Part shown: in pieces, positions 49,891 through 58,461 of the stretch
How the letters are laid out: the number at the start of each line of letters is the position of its first letter
Position numbering within the stretch: the stretch's first letter is position 1
Assembly: GCA_036677375.1 (NCBI GenBank)
Contig: JAVBWO010000012.1
Span: 103,995-167,994, forward strand
Source of the DNA: Bacillota bacterium
Lineage (GTDB): Bacteria; Bacillota; Dehalobacteriia; UBA4068; UBA4997
Length of the DNA stretch: 64,000 nt
Direction: 5' to 3'
Notes under the pieces: model-generated
Seen by the model: only the letters and a program-made list of their open reading frames with translations
Database searches by the model: none
Told to the model about the DNA's origin: nothing
Position numbers and translations under genes: made by a program

Positions 49891-50010
49891 GTTCTTTCCT
49901 CTTCTTTCCTCCGTATGTTTTCAATAATTGTGTTGCACACAAATTTATTTTAGCTTACAATAAGCATAGTTGCAATTTGATTGTAAAAATTTCCCTGGAA
50001 TGGACGTGGT

Positions 50011-51390
50011 TTGATGACAGATGCGTTAAAAAATAAAAGCCTTGGTATGGATATGACAACCGGAGTGCCTTGGAAGCAAATTGCTCTTTTTTCCATTCCT
50101 CTTCTCATTGGGAATGCTTTTCAGCAATTATATAATGTTGTAGACAGTATCATCGTTGGACGCATTGTGGGAACCGAAGCATTGGCAGCCGTTGGCACCG
50201 CTTTTCCGGTGCTTTTTTTAATGATTGCCCTCTTTGTGGGAATCAGCATGGGCTCCTCCGTTTTAATCTCCCAATATTTTGGCGCCAAGGATGAAGAGAA
50301 GATCCGCCGTACCGTCAGTACAACCTATATCCTTATTTTCTTTCTTTCTATCGCCATCACCGCCATAGGACTACTTTCCTCCGCCGCCCTGCTCCGCTTA
50401 ATGAAAACACCGGAAGAGGTCATGCCCTATGCCACAGGTTATCTGAACATCTTGTTTTTGGGCACCCTGCCTAACTTTGGCTACAATGCCATTGCCGGCA
50501 TTCTGCGCGGGGTGGGCAATTCCAAAACGCCCCTTTACCTTTTGATTATCGCTACTGTTATGAATATCGTGCTGGACCTGATCTTTGTCGGCCTGTTCCA
50601 CTGGGGGGTCGCCGGCGCGGCCTGGGCGACTATCATATCGCAAACAACCTCCTTCATCATGGGAGCAATGTACCTGAATATGAGCAGGAGCCTCCTGAAA
50701 ATCGATTTTAAACATCTGATTTTTGATCATGCTATCTTAAAAGGCATCTTAAAACTAGGCATTCCCACAGGAATCCAGCAAACGACTCTTTCTCTCGGCA
50801 TGATGGCCATTCAAAGCCTGGTCAACAGCTACGGTACCGAAGTGATCGCCGGTTTCAACGGCGCTTCCAAAGTGGATTCCTTTGCGATTATGGTCATCTT
50901 GAACTTCGGCATCGCCACCTCTACTTTTGTAGGGCAGAATATCGGCGCCAACCGTATGGACCGGGTTCATGCCTGTACCAAAAGTACCACCATCATGTCT
51001 TCTCTGGTCTCTTTGGGCATTGCCTTGGTGCTGATCCTTCTCAGGCACCCCATTATGAGCCTTTTTGACGATAATGCCGCCGTCATGCTGGCGGGAGCGC
51101 AATACCTGATCTATACGGCTCCCTTTTATTTTCTTTTTGCCATTATGCAGGTATATGTGGGAGTGATGCGGGGCGCCGGGGAAGCCGTCATCCCCATGCT
51201 CCTTACTTTATTGACCTTATGGATTGTCCGGGTCCCCATTGCCACGTTCCTCTCCCATCAAATGAACAGTCCCATTGGGATCTGGCTGGCCACCCCCGCC
51301 GGCTGGCTCATCGGAGCCACCGCTTCTTATATTTATTACCGCAGCGGCCGCTGGAAGAACAAAGCCATGATCCTTTTCCCGCAAAGTTAG
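50011..51390 (+). CDS. MATE family efflux transporter
   Basis: 459 aa, 12 TM. MATE signature in TM1 (WKQIALFSIPLLIGNAFQQLYNVVDSIIVGR). Confidence 0.85.
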   Translation: MMTDALKNKSLGMDMTTGVPWKQIALFSIPLLIGNAFQQLYNVVDSIIVGRIVGTEALAAVGTAFPVLFLMIALFVGISMGSSVLISQYFGAKDEEKIRRTVSTTYILIFFLSIAITAIGLLSSAALLRLMKTPEEVMPYATGYLNILFLGTLPNFGYNAIAGILRGVGNSKTPLYLLIIATVMNIVLDLIFVGLFHWGVAGAAWATIISQTTSFIMGAMYLNMSRSLLKIDFKHLIFDHAILKGILKLGIPTGIQQTTLSLGMMAIQSLVNSYGTEVIAGFNGASKVDSFAIMVILNFGIATSTFVGQNIGANRMDRVHACTKSTTIMSSLVSLGIALVLILLRHPIMSLFDDNAAVMLAGAQYLIYTAPFYFLFAIMQVYVGVMRGAGEAVIPMLLTLLTLWIVRVPIATFLSHQMNSPIGIWLATPAGWLIGATASYIYYRSGRWKNKAMILFPQS

Positions 51391-51454
51391 TGATTGGAAT
51401 CTACTGCGTTTTTGTGTAAGATTTTTATTATACCGTCCATATCATGCATTTACT

Positions 51455-51503
51455 ACAAAAAGTAAGGGTCTCCGGGATACCGGAGACCCTTACTTTTTTA
51501 TTT
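51455..51503. terminator. bidirectional intrinsic terminator (16-bp stem AAGTAAGGGTCTCCGG-gatac-CCGGAGACCCTTACTT)
   Basis: Perfect stem with an A-run upstream and TTTTTTA downstream. Sits between convergent MATE and fdhD. Confidence 0.85.
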
Positions 51504-51558
51504 GCAGGACATTACTTTAGAGTAACACAACACTTTCTGACTTTTCCATTCCATTGAT

Positions 51559-52242
51559 TCAGCAATATACATTCATATCCTGCCCGCGGATAAAACCAAC
51601 CAAGGTCATATTGGATGCTTTGGCTTTTTCCACACCTCCTGTTGTCGCCGCGGAACGGGACAACAGAACCCCAATGCCGTGTTCTGCCGCCAGACTAACA
51701 ATGGACGTTGTCAAACGGCAGGTCAAAGCAACAATCTTATCTTCCAACGGGATATCATTTAAGAAGGCGTGGCCCAAAAGCTTATACATGGCATTATGCC
51801 GGCTGATATCCTCTGTAAAATAGAGGGGCTCGCTGCCCCGGCAAAGCAGGGCGCTGTGCGCTGCGCCCGTTTGCGTAAATAAGGCGGCCTTCCCTTCCAA
51901 TATCTTCATGATGCCGCTGTATTGAGAGATAGGCAGGCTAATTTTAGCACTTTTATTTTCAGGCTCCCGCACCGTTTTACTTTGCGTATCCCGGATCATG
52001 GCATCAATCTTTTTTGATGGATCCTCCACTTTGATGGATAAAATATCCCGGGGCGCCGTGATCATCCCGGCTTCCCAAAGGAGACCCGCCGTCAATTCCG
52101 TCAATTGAGCGGGAGTACACAGCACCTTTTGCCAAAAGCAGCCGTTAAGATCAATCTGGTATTCCGCTTCCACGGCCAGAATATCCCAGGTACTGCCGGC
52201 AGCCTTTTGCACCGGCAGTTTTTCCGTTATCACGGTTGCCAT
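51559..52242 (-). CDS. fdhD: formate dehydrogenase accessory sulfurtransferase FdhD
   Basis: 227 aa. C-terminal FdhD pattern (TSIVSLAAEHGIGVLLSRSAATTGGVEKA). Immediately downstream of fdhA. Confidence 0.8.
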   Translation of the reverse strand: MATVITEKLPVQKAAGSTWDILAVEAEYQIDLNGCFWQKVLCTPAQLTELTAGLLWEAGMITAPRDILSIKVEDPSKKIDAMIRDTQSKTVREPENKSAKISLPISQYSGIMKILEGKAALFTQTGAAHSALLCRGSEPLYFTEDISRHNAMYKLLGHAFLNDIPLEDKIVALTCRLTTSIVSLAAEHGIGVLLSRSAATTGGVEKAKASNMTLVGFIRGQDMNVYC

Positions 52243-52255
52243 TATAGCCCCCCCC

Positions 52256-54934
52256 TCAAGCCTTTTGGATACTTACCGCGCAGGCCTTTAATTCCGGGAT
52301 CTTCGCCTTAGGGTCCATGGCCGAATTGGTCAGGAGATTGGCGTTGCCCTCGCTGTAATGGAAGGGCATGAACACCACATCCTGCCGGATCTTTTCACTG
52401 AGCCTGGCAGTGGTTTTCAACTCGCCGCGGCGCGAACGGACCACAACCGTATCCCCGTTCTGAATGCCTAAAGCCGCGGCAGCGGTGGGATTGATCTCGA
52501 TAAAGGATTGCCCCGCCAGGCGGTTGAGACCTTCCACCTGTCCGGTCATAGTGCGGGTATGGTATTGATAAAGCAGACGGCCGGTAGTCAGGATATAAGG
52601 ATATTCCGGATCGGGCAGCTCGGCGCTGGGCCGGTAATCGGTGGCCGTAAAAAGTCCCTTGCCCCGGGAAAAAGAATCTTTGTGCAGATAAGGGGTGCCG
52701 GGGTGATGCAGGTTGGGACACGGCCATTGCAGGCTGCCCTCTTCCTCCAAACGCCGGTAAGTAATGCCGCCGTAAGACGGCGTTAAAAAAGAAAGCTCAT
52801 CCATGATATCCTCGGGAGAACGGGCGACACTGCAATAGCCTAAACCGTCCATGACCGAAAGCAGGATCTCGGTATCGGCTTTGGCGTTGCCCTTGGGGGG
52901 AATGGCCTTGCGAACCCGCTGCACACGGCGTTCGGTATTGGTGAAGGTGCCGTCCTTTTCCGCAAAAGAAGCGGCAGGCAGTACCACATCCGCCAAAGCG
53001 GCCGTCTCGGTAAGGAAAATATCCTGCACCACCAGGAAGTCAAGACTTGCCAGGGCATGCAACACATGGTTGGTATCCGGCTCGGACAAAGCGGGGTTTT
53101 CTCCCATAATATATAAGAGGGATATCTTACCGGAAACGGCGCCCTCCATAATCTCCATCACCGTCAAGCCGGGGGCTTCCGGCAATTGGGGCACTCCCCA
53201 CCAATGGGCGAATTTCTCCCGGATATTGGGATCACCGACCTTTTGATAGCCAGGCAATACATCCGGCAGACACCCCATATCACAGGCGCCTTGCACGTTA
53301 TTTTGCCCCCGCAAGGGATTGATGCCGCCATATTCATGACCGATATGACCGCATAACAATGCCAGATTGGACAAAGCCATCACCGAGTCGGTGCCGGTGG
53401 TATGTTGGGTAATGCCCATGGCGTAGAAAATACCGGCCCGTTTGGCGCCCGCATAGAGCCGGGCCGCTTTTTTGATATCTTCGGCGGCAACGCCGCAAAT
53501 CTCCGCCGCTTTTTCCGCTGTCCAATTTTGCAATAAAGCAGCTAACGCTGCATAATTTTCCGTCCGCTGGTCAATAAAAGTACCGTTCGTCAGGTTCTCA
53601 TCCAGGATCGTCCGCATCATGCCGTTAATCAAAGCGATATTAGTTCCAGGGCGGATCTGTAAAAAGACTTCCGCATGATTGCACATATCCACATAGCGGG
53701 GCTCCGCCACAATAATTTTTGCACCCTTTTGTTTTGCCTGCTTCATCTGGGCGGCAATCACGGGGTGTGCCTCTGTGGTGTTGGAGCCGATAATAAAGAT
53801 CAGGTCCAATCCTTTGACTTCCCGGATACTGTTGGTCATGGCGCCGCTGCCTAAAGTCGTTGCCAGACCGGCAACGGTGGAAGCGTGTCACAAACGGGCG
53901 CAGTGGTCCACATTGTTGGAACCGATGACGCCGCGGAATAGCTTTTGGAAAAGATAATTCTCTTCATTGGTACAGCGGGCGGAAGAAAGACCTGCTATAG
54001 ATTGCCCACCTTTGGTTTCCTTGGTTTCTTTGATCTTTTTGACCACCAAAGCGACGGCTTCCTCCCAGGAAGCCTCACGGAATTCGCCGTTTTCTTTGAT
54101 CAGGGGTTGGGTCAAACGCCGGGGGCTGTCTATGAAGTTATAACCGAATTTCCCTTTTACACAGAGCAAGCCGTCATTGGCGGGACCGGGCGCCGGCTCC
54201 ACCCCCACGATCTTGCCGCCTGAAGAAATGAGATCCAACTGGCAACCTACGCCGCAATAAGCGCAAACGGTACGGGTGGCCTTGCTTTGCGGAACCTGGT
54301 ATTGATAACCATTTTTAGGGGTTAAGGCCCCCACAGGACAATTGGAAACACAATTGCCGCAGGAAACACAGCGGGATTGATCAAGAGGCAGCAGAAATTC
54401 CGGTGAAATTTGGGTTCTCATGCCTCTGCCCACCGTCTCTATGGCATACATCCCTTGCAGCTGGCTGCATACCCGAACACAGCGGTGGCAAAGGATACAT
54501 TTATTCCGATCCAGATTGAAGAATGGATTGCTCTCATCCACGGGATAGGCCGGCGGCTTGGCGGGAAAGCTGCTTTCCCCCACGCCATACTCCCGGCAGT
54601 ATTCCTGCAGGCGACAGTGACCGGCGGCATTACAGACCAGACATTCCACTTTATGGGTGGAAAGGATCAATTCCAAAATGGTACGCCGAGCCGTCAACAC
54701 ACGCTCCGAACGGGTAAAAATCTCCATGCCGTCCATAATCTCCGTGGCACAGGCTATTTTTAAATTGCGCTGTCCCGTAACTTCTACCACGCACAAACGG
54801 CAGCTGCCATCCGGTGTTAACTTCTCCATATAACACAGGGTAGGGATGTCGATGCCCATGGCCTTGGCGGCATTTAAAATGGTCATGGGCTTTTCTGCGG
54901 TAAATTTACGGTTATCAATGGTAATGGTTATCAT
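52256..54934 (-). CDS. fdhA: selenocysteine-containing formate dehydrogenase alpha subunit (2Fe-2S + 4Fe-4S + Mo-bisPGD domains). Track ORFs 53888..54934 and 52256..53839 are one gene read through an in-frame TGA.
   Basis: The N-terminal ORF ends ...NNVDHCARL at TGA (53888-53890). The next ATG (53839) is exactly 17 codons downstream in the same frame. Read-through gives CARL-U-HASTVAGLATTLGSGAMTN, which aligns with the E. coli FdhF Sec140 region (ARV-U-HGPSVAGLHQSVGNGAMSN). A SECIS-like hairpin follows. Confidence 0.85.
53855..53887 (-). promoter_or_regulatory. SECIS-like stem-loop immediately 3' of the UGA (GUUGCC-GGUCU-GGCAAC)
   Basis: mRNA UGA CAC GCU UCC ACC GUUGCCGGUCUGGCAAC. The hairpin starts 15 nt after the UGA and has an apical loop containing GGUC, as in the fdhF SECIS. 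Confidence 0.65.
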
Positions 54935-55002
54935 AGGTATCCTTCTTTTCGTTCATTCTTTTAATCTTTGCATTTAATATCCAAAATATTTGCATGGTTT
55001 CA

Positions 55003-55031
55003 ATCATAGTATAATGCCGCCCAAAAGTCAA
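55003..55031 (-). promoter_or_regulatory. sigma70 promoter for fdhA (TTGACT-17-TATGAT)
   Basis: Minus-strand hexamers with a 17-nt spacer, about 70 nt upstream of the fdhA ATG. Confidence 0.55.
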
Positions 55032-55176
55032 GAGAAGCCTCCGGCCTGAGCGAATAAACTGTAGCAAAATGACGGCCTGTCTCATAATGTATAGTACAAC
55101 CTATTGGTTTGTAATAAAAGGATCACGTATCTAAATTTGAAGTTTTTGCAAATTCTAAAAAAAAGGAGGTATTGTT

Positions 55177-55362
55177 ATGTGTGGCTGTGGCTGTGGATGT
55201 GGCTGTGGATGTTTTTTCCCCTGGCTCTTTCTGCCTTTCCTCTTTTGCCGATTCGGCAACAATAATTGTTGCCAATGCTGTAATAGAACCTGCCGTAACT
55301 GCTGCTGTCAGTGTTGCTGCAAATGTTGCTGCAAATGCTGCCCTCCCCCTCCCGTGGGATAA
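55177..55362 (+). CDS. orphan cysteine-rich small peptide (61 aa, 27 Cys; CGCGCGCGCGC N-terminus, hydrophobic core, CCxCC/CCCxCCC C-terminus, PPPPVG end)
   Basis: AAAGGAGGT RBS 6 nt upstream of the ATG. Candidate TTGTAA-17-TAAATT promoter at 55109-55137. Stop followed 34 nt later by a perfect terminator hairpin. No competing ORF on the other strand. Confidence 0.6.
   Translation: MCGCGCGCGCGCFFPWLFLPFLFCRFGNNNCCQCCNRTCRNCCCQCCCKCCCKCCPPPPVG
55180..55212 (+). repeat. in-frame hexanucleotide repeat (TGTGGN)x5 at the start of the Cys-rich ORF
   Basis: tgtggc tgtggc tgtgga tgtggc tgtgga tgt directly after the ATG, encoding (CG)5C. Confidence 0.9.
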
Positions 55363-55395
55363 GTTTTTACTTAAGAAAGGCTTTTAAAAGTAAAC

Positions 55396-55425
55396 AAAGC
55401 ACCCCAAAGGGGTGCTTTGTTTGTG
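55396..55425. terminator. bidirectional intrinsic terminator (AAAGCACCCC-aaa-GGGGTGCTTT) shared by the Cys-rich ORF and the pilin operon
   Basis: Perfect 10-bp stem. GTTTGT follows on the plus strand and GTTTACTTTT on the minus strand. Confidence 0.8.
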
Positions 55426-55489
55426 GAGCAAAAGGTCTTTCAACTTTTGCAAGTTCTTATGTTTTTACAAATTCTTATGTTGGTTTGGT

Positions 55490-55960
55490 TTAGCGGGGAT
55501 AAATGCCAACGAAACTGGGGGTATCGCTATCTTCAGTGGTATACTGAACTTCGGTAACCTGAACACCATCTTCAATACTGCTATCGGCACTGACGACCAA
55601 AGCAACATAGCCGCTGAAACCGGAACCTAAGACGTTTTTCAAAGTAGGAGATACATCATTAGCAGTTAAAGTGCTGATAGGAGTCCAGTCATCCGCAGCT
55701 TCTATAGCGGCTAAGAGGTCTTCCGCTTCACCAAAGCTTGAATTACTAATCAGGTCGGCAAAAGTGGTCTGCAAGGCCAGGGCGAAGGTCTGGGCATTGG
55801 CATCTACCGCGGCTTGGCGGGCGTCGGAAACATAATTGGTCACGACGGGAATGAGGATGGCCGCCAAAATAGCGATGATGGCGATGACGACAATGAGTTC
55901 CACCAGGGTAAAGCCTTTCTTGTTCATGAGTTTGTTCATAGGATGTTTGATTTTTAACAT
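55490..55960 (-). CDS. type IV pilin (prepilin with class III signal peptide), paralog 1
   Basis: N-terminus ...KKG|FTLVELIVVIAIIAILAAILIP. Start chosen at MLKIKH after GAAGGAGGG RBS (alternative internal Met starts exist). C-terminus ends GIYPR. Confidence 0.85.
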   Translation of the reverse strand: MLKIKHPMNKLMNKKGFTLVELIVVIAIIAILAAILIPVVTNYVSDARQAAVDANAQTFALALQTTFADLISNSSFGEAEDLLAAIEAADDWTPISTLTANDVSPTLKNVLGSGFSGYVALVVSADSSIEDGVQVTEVQYTTEDSDTPSFVGIYPR

Positions 55961-56041
55961 AAGGTTCCCTCCTTCAATTTTTTTAAATATTGATAATACA
56001 ATCAAATATGTTATGGTTAAGAAATTATTAATGGCCTTTTA

Positions 56042-56533
56042 TTATCTGGGATAAACGCCGATGAAGTTCAGCCCGGTATCAGTTGCGGTATCGGTGGGAA
56101 TACTCTCGCTACTGTAGCGAACTTCAGATATATCCAGCCCTGTGCTGGGGCTGCCAGTAGCGGTAATGTCAACGATACCTGTAAAGCCGGTACCCAAAAT
56201 GTTGCTAAATGTGGGGGATGCGGTTCTTAAAGCAGAAATATTCGTCCAATTGCCGGTAATAGCAGTGTCCAGAGCTGTTGCTTCCGTCAGCATGGCAGCA
56301 CGCGCCGTGGCATCGGCCGCACCCAAGCCGCTGATGAGATCAGCAAAAGTAGTCTGCAAAGCGACGGCGACAGTCTGGGCATTGGCGTCGGCCGAGGATT
56401 GGCGGGCGTCGGAAACATAATTGGTAACGACGGGAATAAGAATGGCGGCTAAAATAGCAATGATAGCGATAACGACGATAAGTTCTACCAAGGTAAAGCC
56501 TTTTCTGTTTCTCAATGGTTTGATTTTTGGCAT
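56042..56533 (-). CDS. type IV pilin (prepilin), paralog 2
   Basis: MPKIKPLRNRKG|FTLVELIVVIAIIAILAAILIPVVTNYVSDARQ... The first ~50 mature residues are identical to paralog 1. AGGAGGAAACCGG RBS. Confidence 0.85.
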   Translation of the reverse strand: MPKIKPLRNRKGFTLVELIVVIAIIAILAAILIPVVTNYVSDARQSSADANAQTVAVALQTTFADLISGLGAADATARAAMLTEATALDTAITGNWTNISALRTASPTFSNILGTGFTGIVDITATGSPSTGLDISEVRYSSESIPTDTATDTGLNFIGVYPR

Positions 56534-56610
56534 CCGGTTTCCTCCTAAAATTTTTATATGATAATAACTTTAAAAAAATTTGTTATTATTTTCCACAGTT
56601 TGATACGAAC

Positions 56611-56639
56611 AGTTTATCAATGTTACCAAGCCAGGTCAA
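56611..56639 (-). promoter_or_regulatory. sigma70 promoter for the pilin genes (TTGACC-17-TAAACT)
   Basis: Minus-strand hexamers with a 17-nt spacer, about 70 nt upstream of the pilin-2 start. Confidence 0.45.
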
Positions 56640-56740
56640 GGAATATTTTACAAAAATCGACTTTTTTCTAACAAATCCTCTTCGCTTCCCTCTCTTCCCC
56701 CTTCTTTCTGATTACAGTCTTTTCAAACTCTCGTCAACCT

Positions 56741-57259
56741 TTAGGGCCCGTCTTTGGGCCAAAGGGCATAACCCCTCCAGAAATAATCGATCAATTGCCG
56801 CTTTTCGGTCTTTGTCCAAGATGCGTAAAGCACCTTCCGGCTGTCCTTGGCCACCGCCACCTTTACCATTCCTTTGATATCCGGGTTATAATGTTCGTAA
56901 AGCTTTTTGTAATCGGTGATATAAAAATGATCCGCATCCTCCGCGTCAAAGCTGTCACCGCCAAAGGCTACATAAGCCGTCCCCGCAATATAGGCGCTAT
57001 GAGCCTGATTGAGAGCGTAAAATCGGTTGTGCAGTAAAAAAAATGTCTGTAAACCGACATAAACGACCAAAAGAACGATTAGAACGGCAACCAGCGATCT
57101 GCCGATAAAAGACAGTCCCTGCCTTTTGTCCAGGTTGTCGGCATCCCTCTGCCGCGCATAGGCCTTTTTGTCGCTTGCTGGCATGGGATGGACTGATTGG
57201 CTGTCGGGAAGGGCAGTATTAATTTTTTCCTCAGGTTCTTTTTCTTTGCGGAAATTCAT
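56741..57259 (-). CDS. hypothetical single-pass membrane protein in the pilB-pilT operon
   Basis: 172 aa. GGGGGAG RBS, one TM helix (LVAVLIVLLVVYVGL), extracytoplasmic C-terminal domain. No family recognised. Confidence 0.5.
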   Translation of the reverse strand: MNFRKEKEPEEKINTALPDSQSVHPMPASDKKAYARQRDADNLDKRQGLSFIGRSLVAVLIVLLVVYVGLQTFFLLHNRFYALNQAHSAYIAGTAYVAFGGDSFDAEDADHFYITDYKKLYEHYNPDIKGMVKVAVAKDSRKVLYASWTKTEKRQLIDYFWRGYALWPKDGP

Positions 57260-57272
57260 ACGCTCTCCCCCG

Positions 57273-58343
57273 TCACCTGGCCTTGACTCCCAATAAACGG
57301 TGAAGATCCTCTTTCACCAGGCATTTATCCAAGGCGGCGTCCATGGTAATGGCGCCTTTTTTGACCAACGCGGCCAGATCCATATCCAGACTTTGCATGC
57401 CCTGACGGACGCTGGTTTGCAAGACGGAATTGATCTGATGGGTCTTGCCTTCCCGAATCATATTGGCAACCGCGTCATTGACCAGCATGACTTCGAAAGC
57501 GGCAAGGCGTCCGGAACCGTCCGCCTTGGCAATGAGCTGCTGGGTAATAACAGCCTTCAACACGGTAGCCAGCTGGATGCGGATTTGCTGCTGCTGATGG
57601 GGCGGGAAAATGTCGATGATCCGGTCGATGGTCTTGGCCGCTCCGATGGTGTGGAGAGTAGACATAACCAGGTGACCGGTCTCTGCCGCCGTAATAGCTG
57701 CGGCTATGGTCTCCAAATCTCTCATCTCCCCTACCAAAATGACGTCGGGGTCCTCCCGCATCGCGGAACGCAAAGCGCCGGCAAAGCTGTCACAGTCAAC
57801 GCCGATTTCCCGCTGGTTTACAATGCAATTGTGGGATTGATGCAGATATTCGATGGGATCTTCCAAGGTCAGGATATGGTCATGGCGGTGATGATTGATA
57901 TAATCAACCATCGCGCTCAAGGTGGTGGTCTTGCCGCTGCCGGTAGGCCCTGTAACCAGGATCAGTCCTCGGGGCATCCCGGCGATGGATTTAAAGACTT
58001 CTGGCAAATGCAACATTTCAAAGCTGGGCGTCTCACTGTTCAATATGCGGAGCGCAATGCCTTTTTTGCCTTGCTGGCGGTAAATATTGACCCGCTGCCG
58101 GTGACCGTCGGCGGAGACGTAGCCGAAGTCGATATCAACGGAATCGGAACAGTCTTCGATCTTCTCTTGCCTTAACATGGCCGTAACCATGTCTTCGATA
58201 TCCTGTTGGCGCAAAGGCGGATGTTCAACTATGGGTTTTAAGACGCCGATATGCCGCACGATGGGAGACAGCCCACAGACAATATGCAGGTCGGAGGCAC
58301 CATTGGCTCTGGCATAAGCCAGCAGTTCGTCGATTTGATTCAT
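57273..58343 (-). CDS. pilT: type IV pilus retraction ATPase PilT
   Basis: Walker A GPTGSGKTTT, Asp box, His box and the PilT-type C-terminus. Start trimmed to MNQIDELLAYAR. Confidence 0.88.
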   Translation of the reverse strand: MNQIDELLAYARANGASDLHIVCGLSPIVRHIGVLKPIVEHPPLRQQDIEDMVTAMLRQEKIEDCSDSVDIDFGYVSADGHRQRVNIYRQQGKKGIALRILNSETPSFEMLHLPEVFKSIAGMPRGLILVTGPTGSGKTTTLSAMVDYINHHRHDHILTLEDPIEYLHQSHNCIVNQREIGVDCDSFAGALRSAMREDPDVILVGEMRDLETIAAAITAAETGHLVMSTLHTIGAAKTIDRIIDIFPPHQQQQIRIQLATVLKAVITQQLIAKADGSGRLAAFEVMLVNDAVANMIREGKTHQINSVLQTSVRQGMQSLDMDLAALVKKGAITMDAALDKCLVKEDLHRLLGVKAR

Positions 58344-58461
58344 GGATCCTCCCCCTTTTTTCGTTTTCCACATTTTAAAGAATCTCTGTAATATTTTACG
58401 ATTTTACATACGCTGCTATGTATCATTCTACTGTTGGCTCTGTTGTGCTGTTGCTCTGCCG

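Noticed and set aside
52256-54934. FDH alpha subunit split into two ORFs, possibly a pseudogene or frameshift
   Set aside because: The pieces are in the same frame, separated by a single TGA at the position of the catalytic selenocysteine. A SECIS-like hairpin follows. It is a selenoprotein gene, not a pseudogene.
54990-55015. Plus-strand TTGCAT...TATAAT as the promoter of the Cys-rich ORF
   Set aside because: The spacer is only 14 nt. The same sequence on the minus strand gives a proper TTGACT-17-TATGAT promoter for fdhA. A better-spaced plus-strand candidate (TTGTAA-17-TAAATT) lies at 55109-55137.
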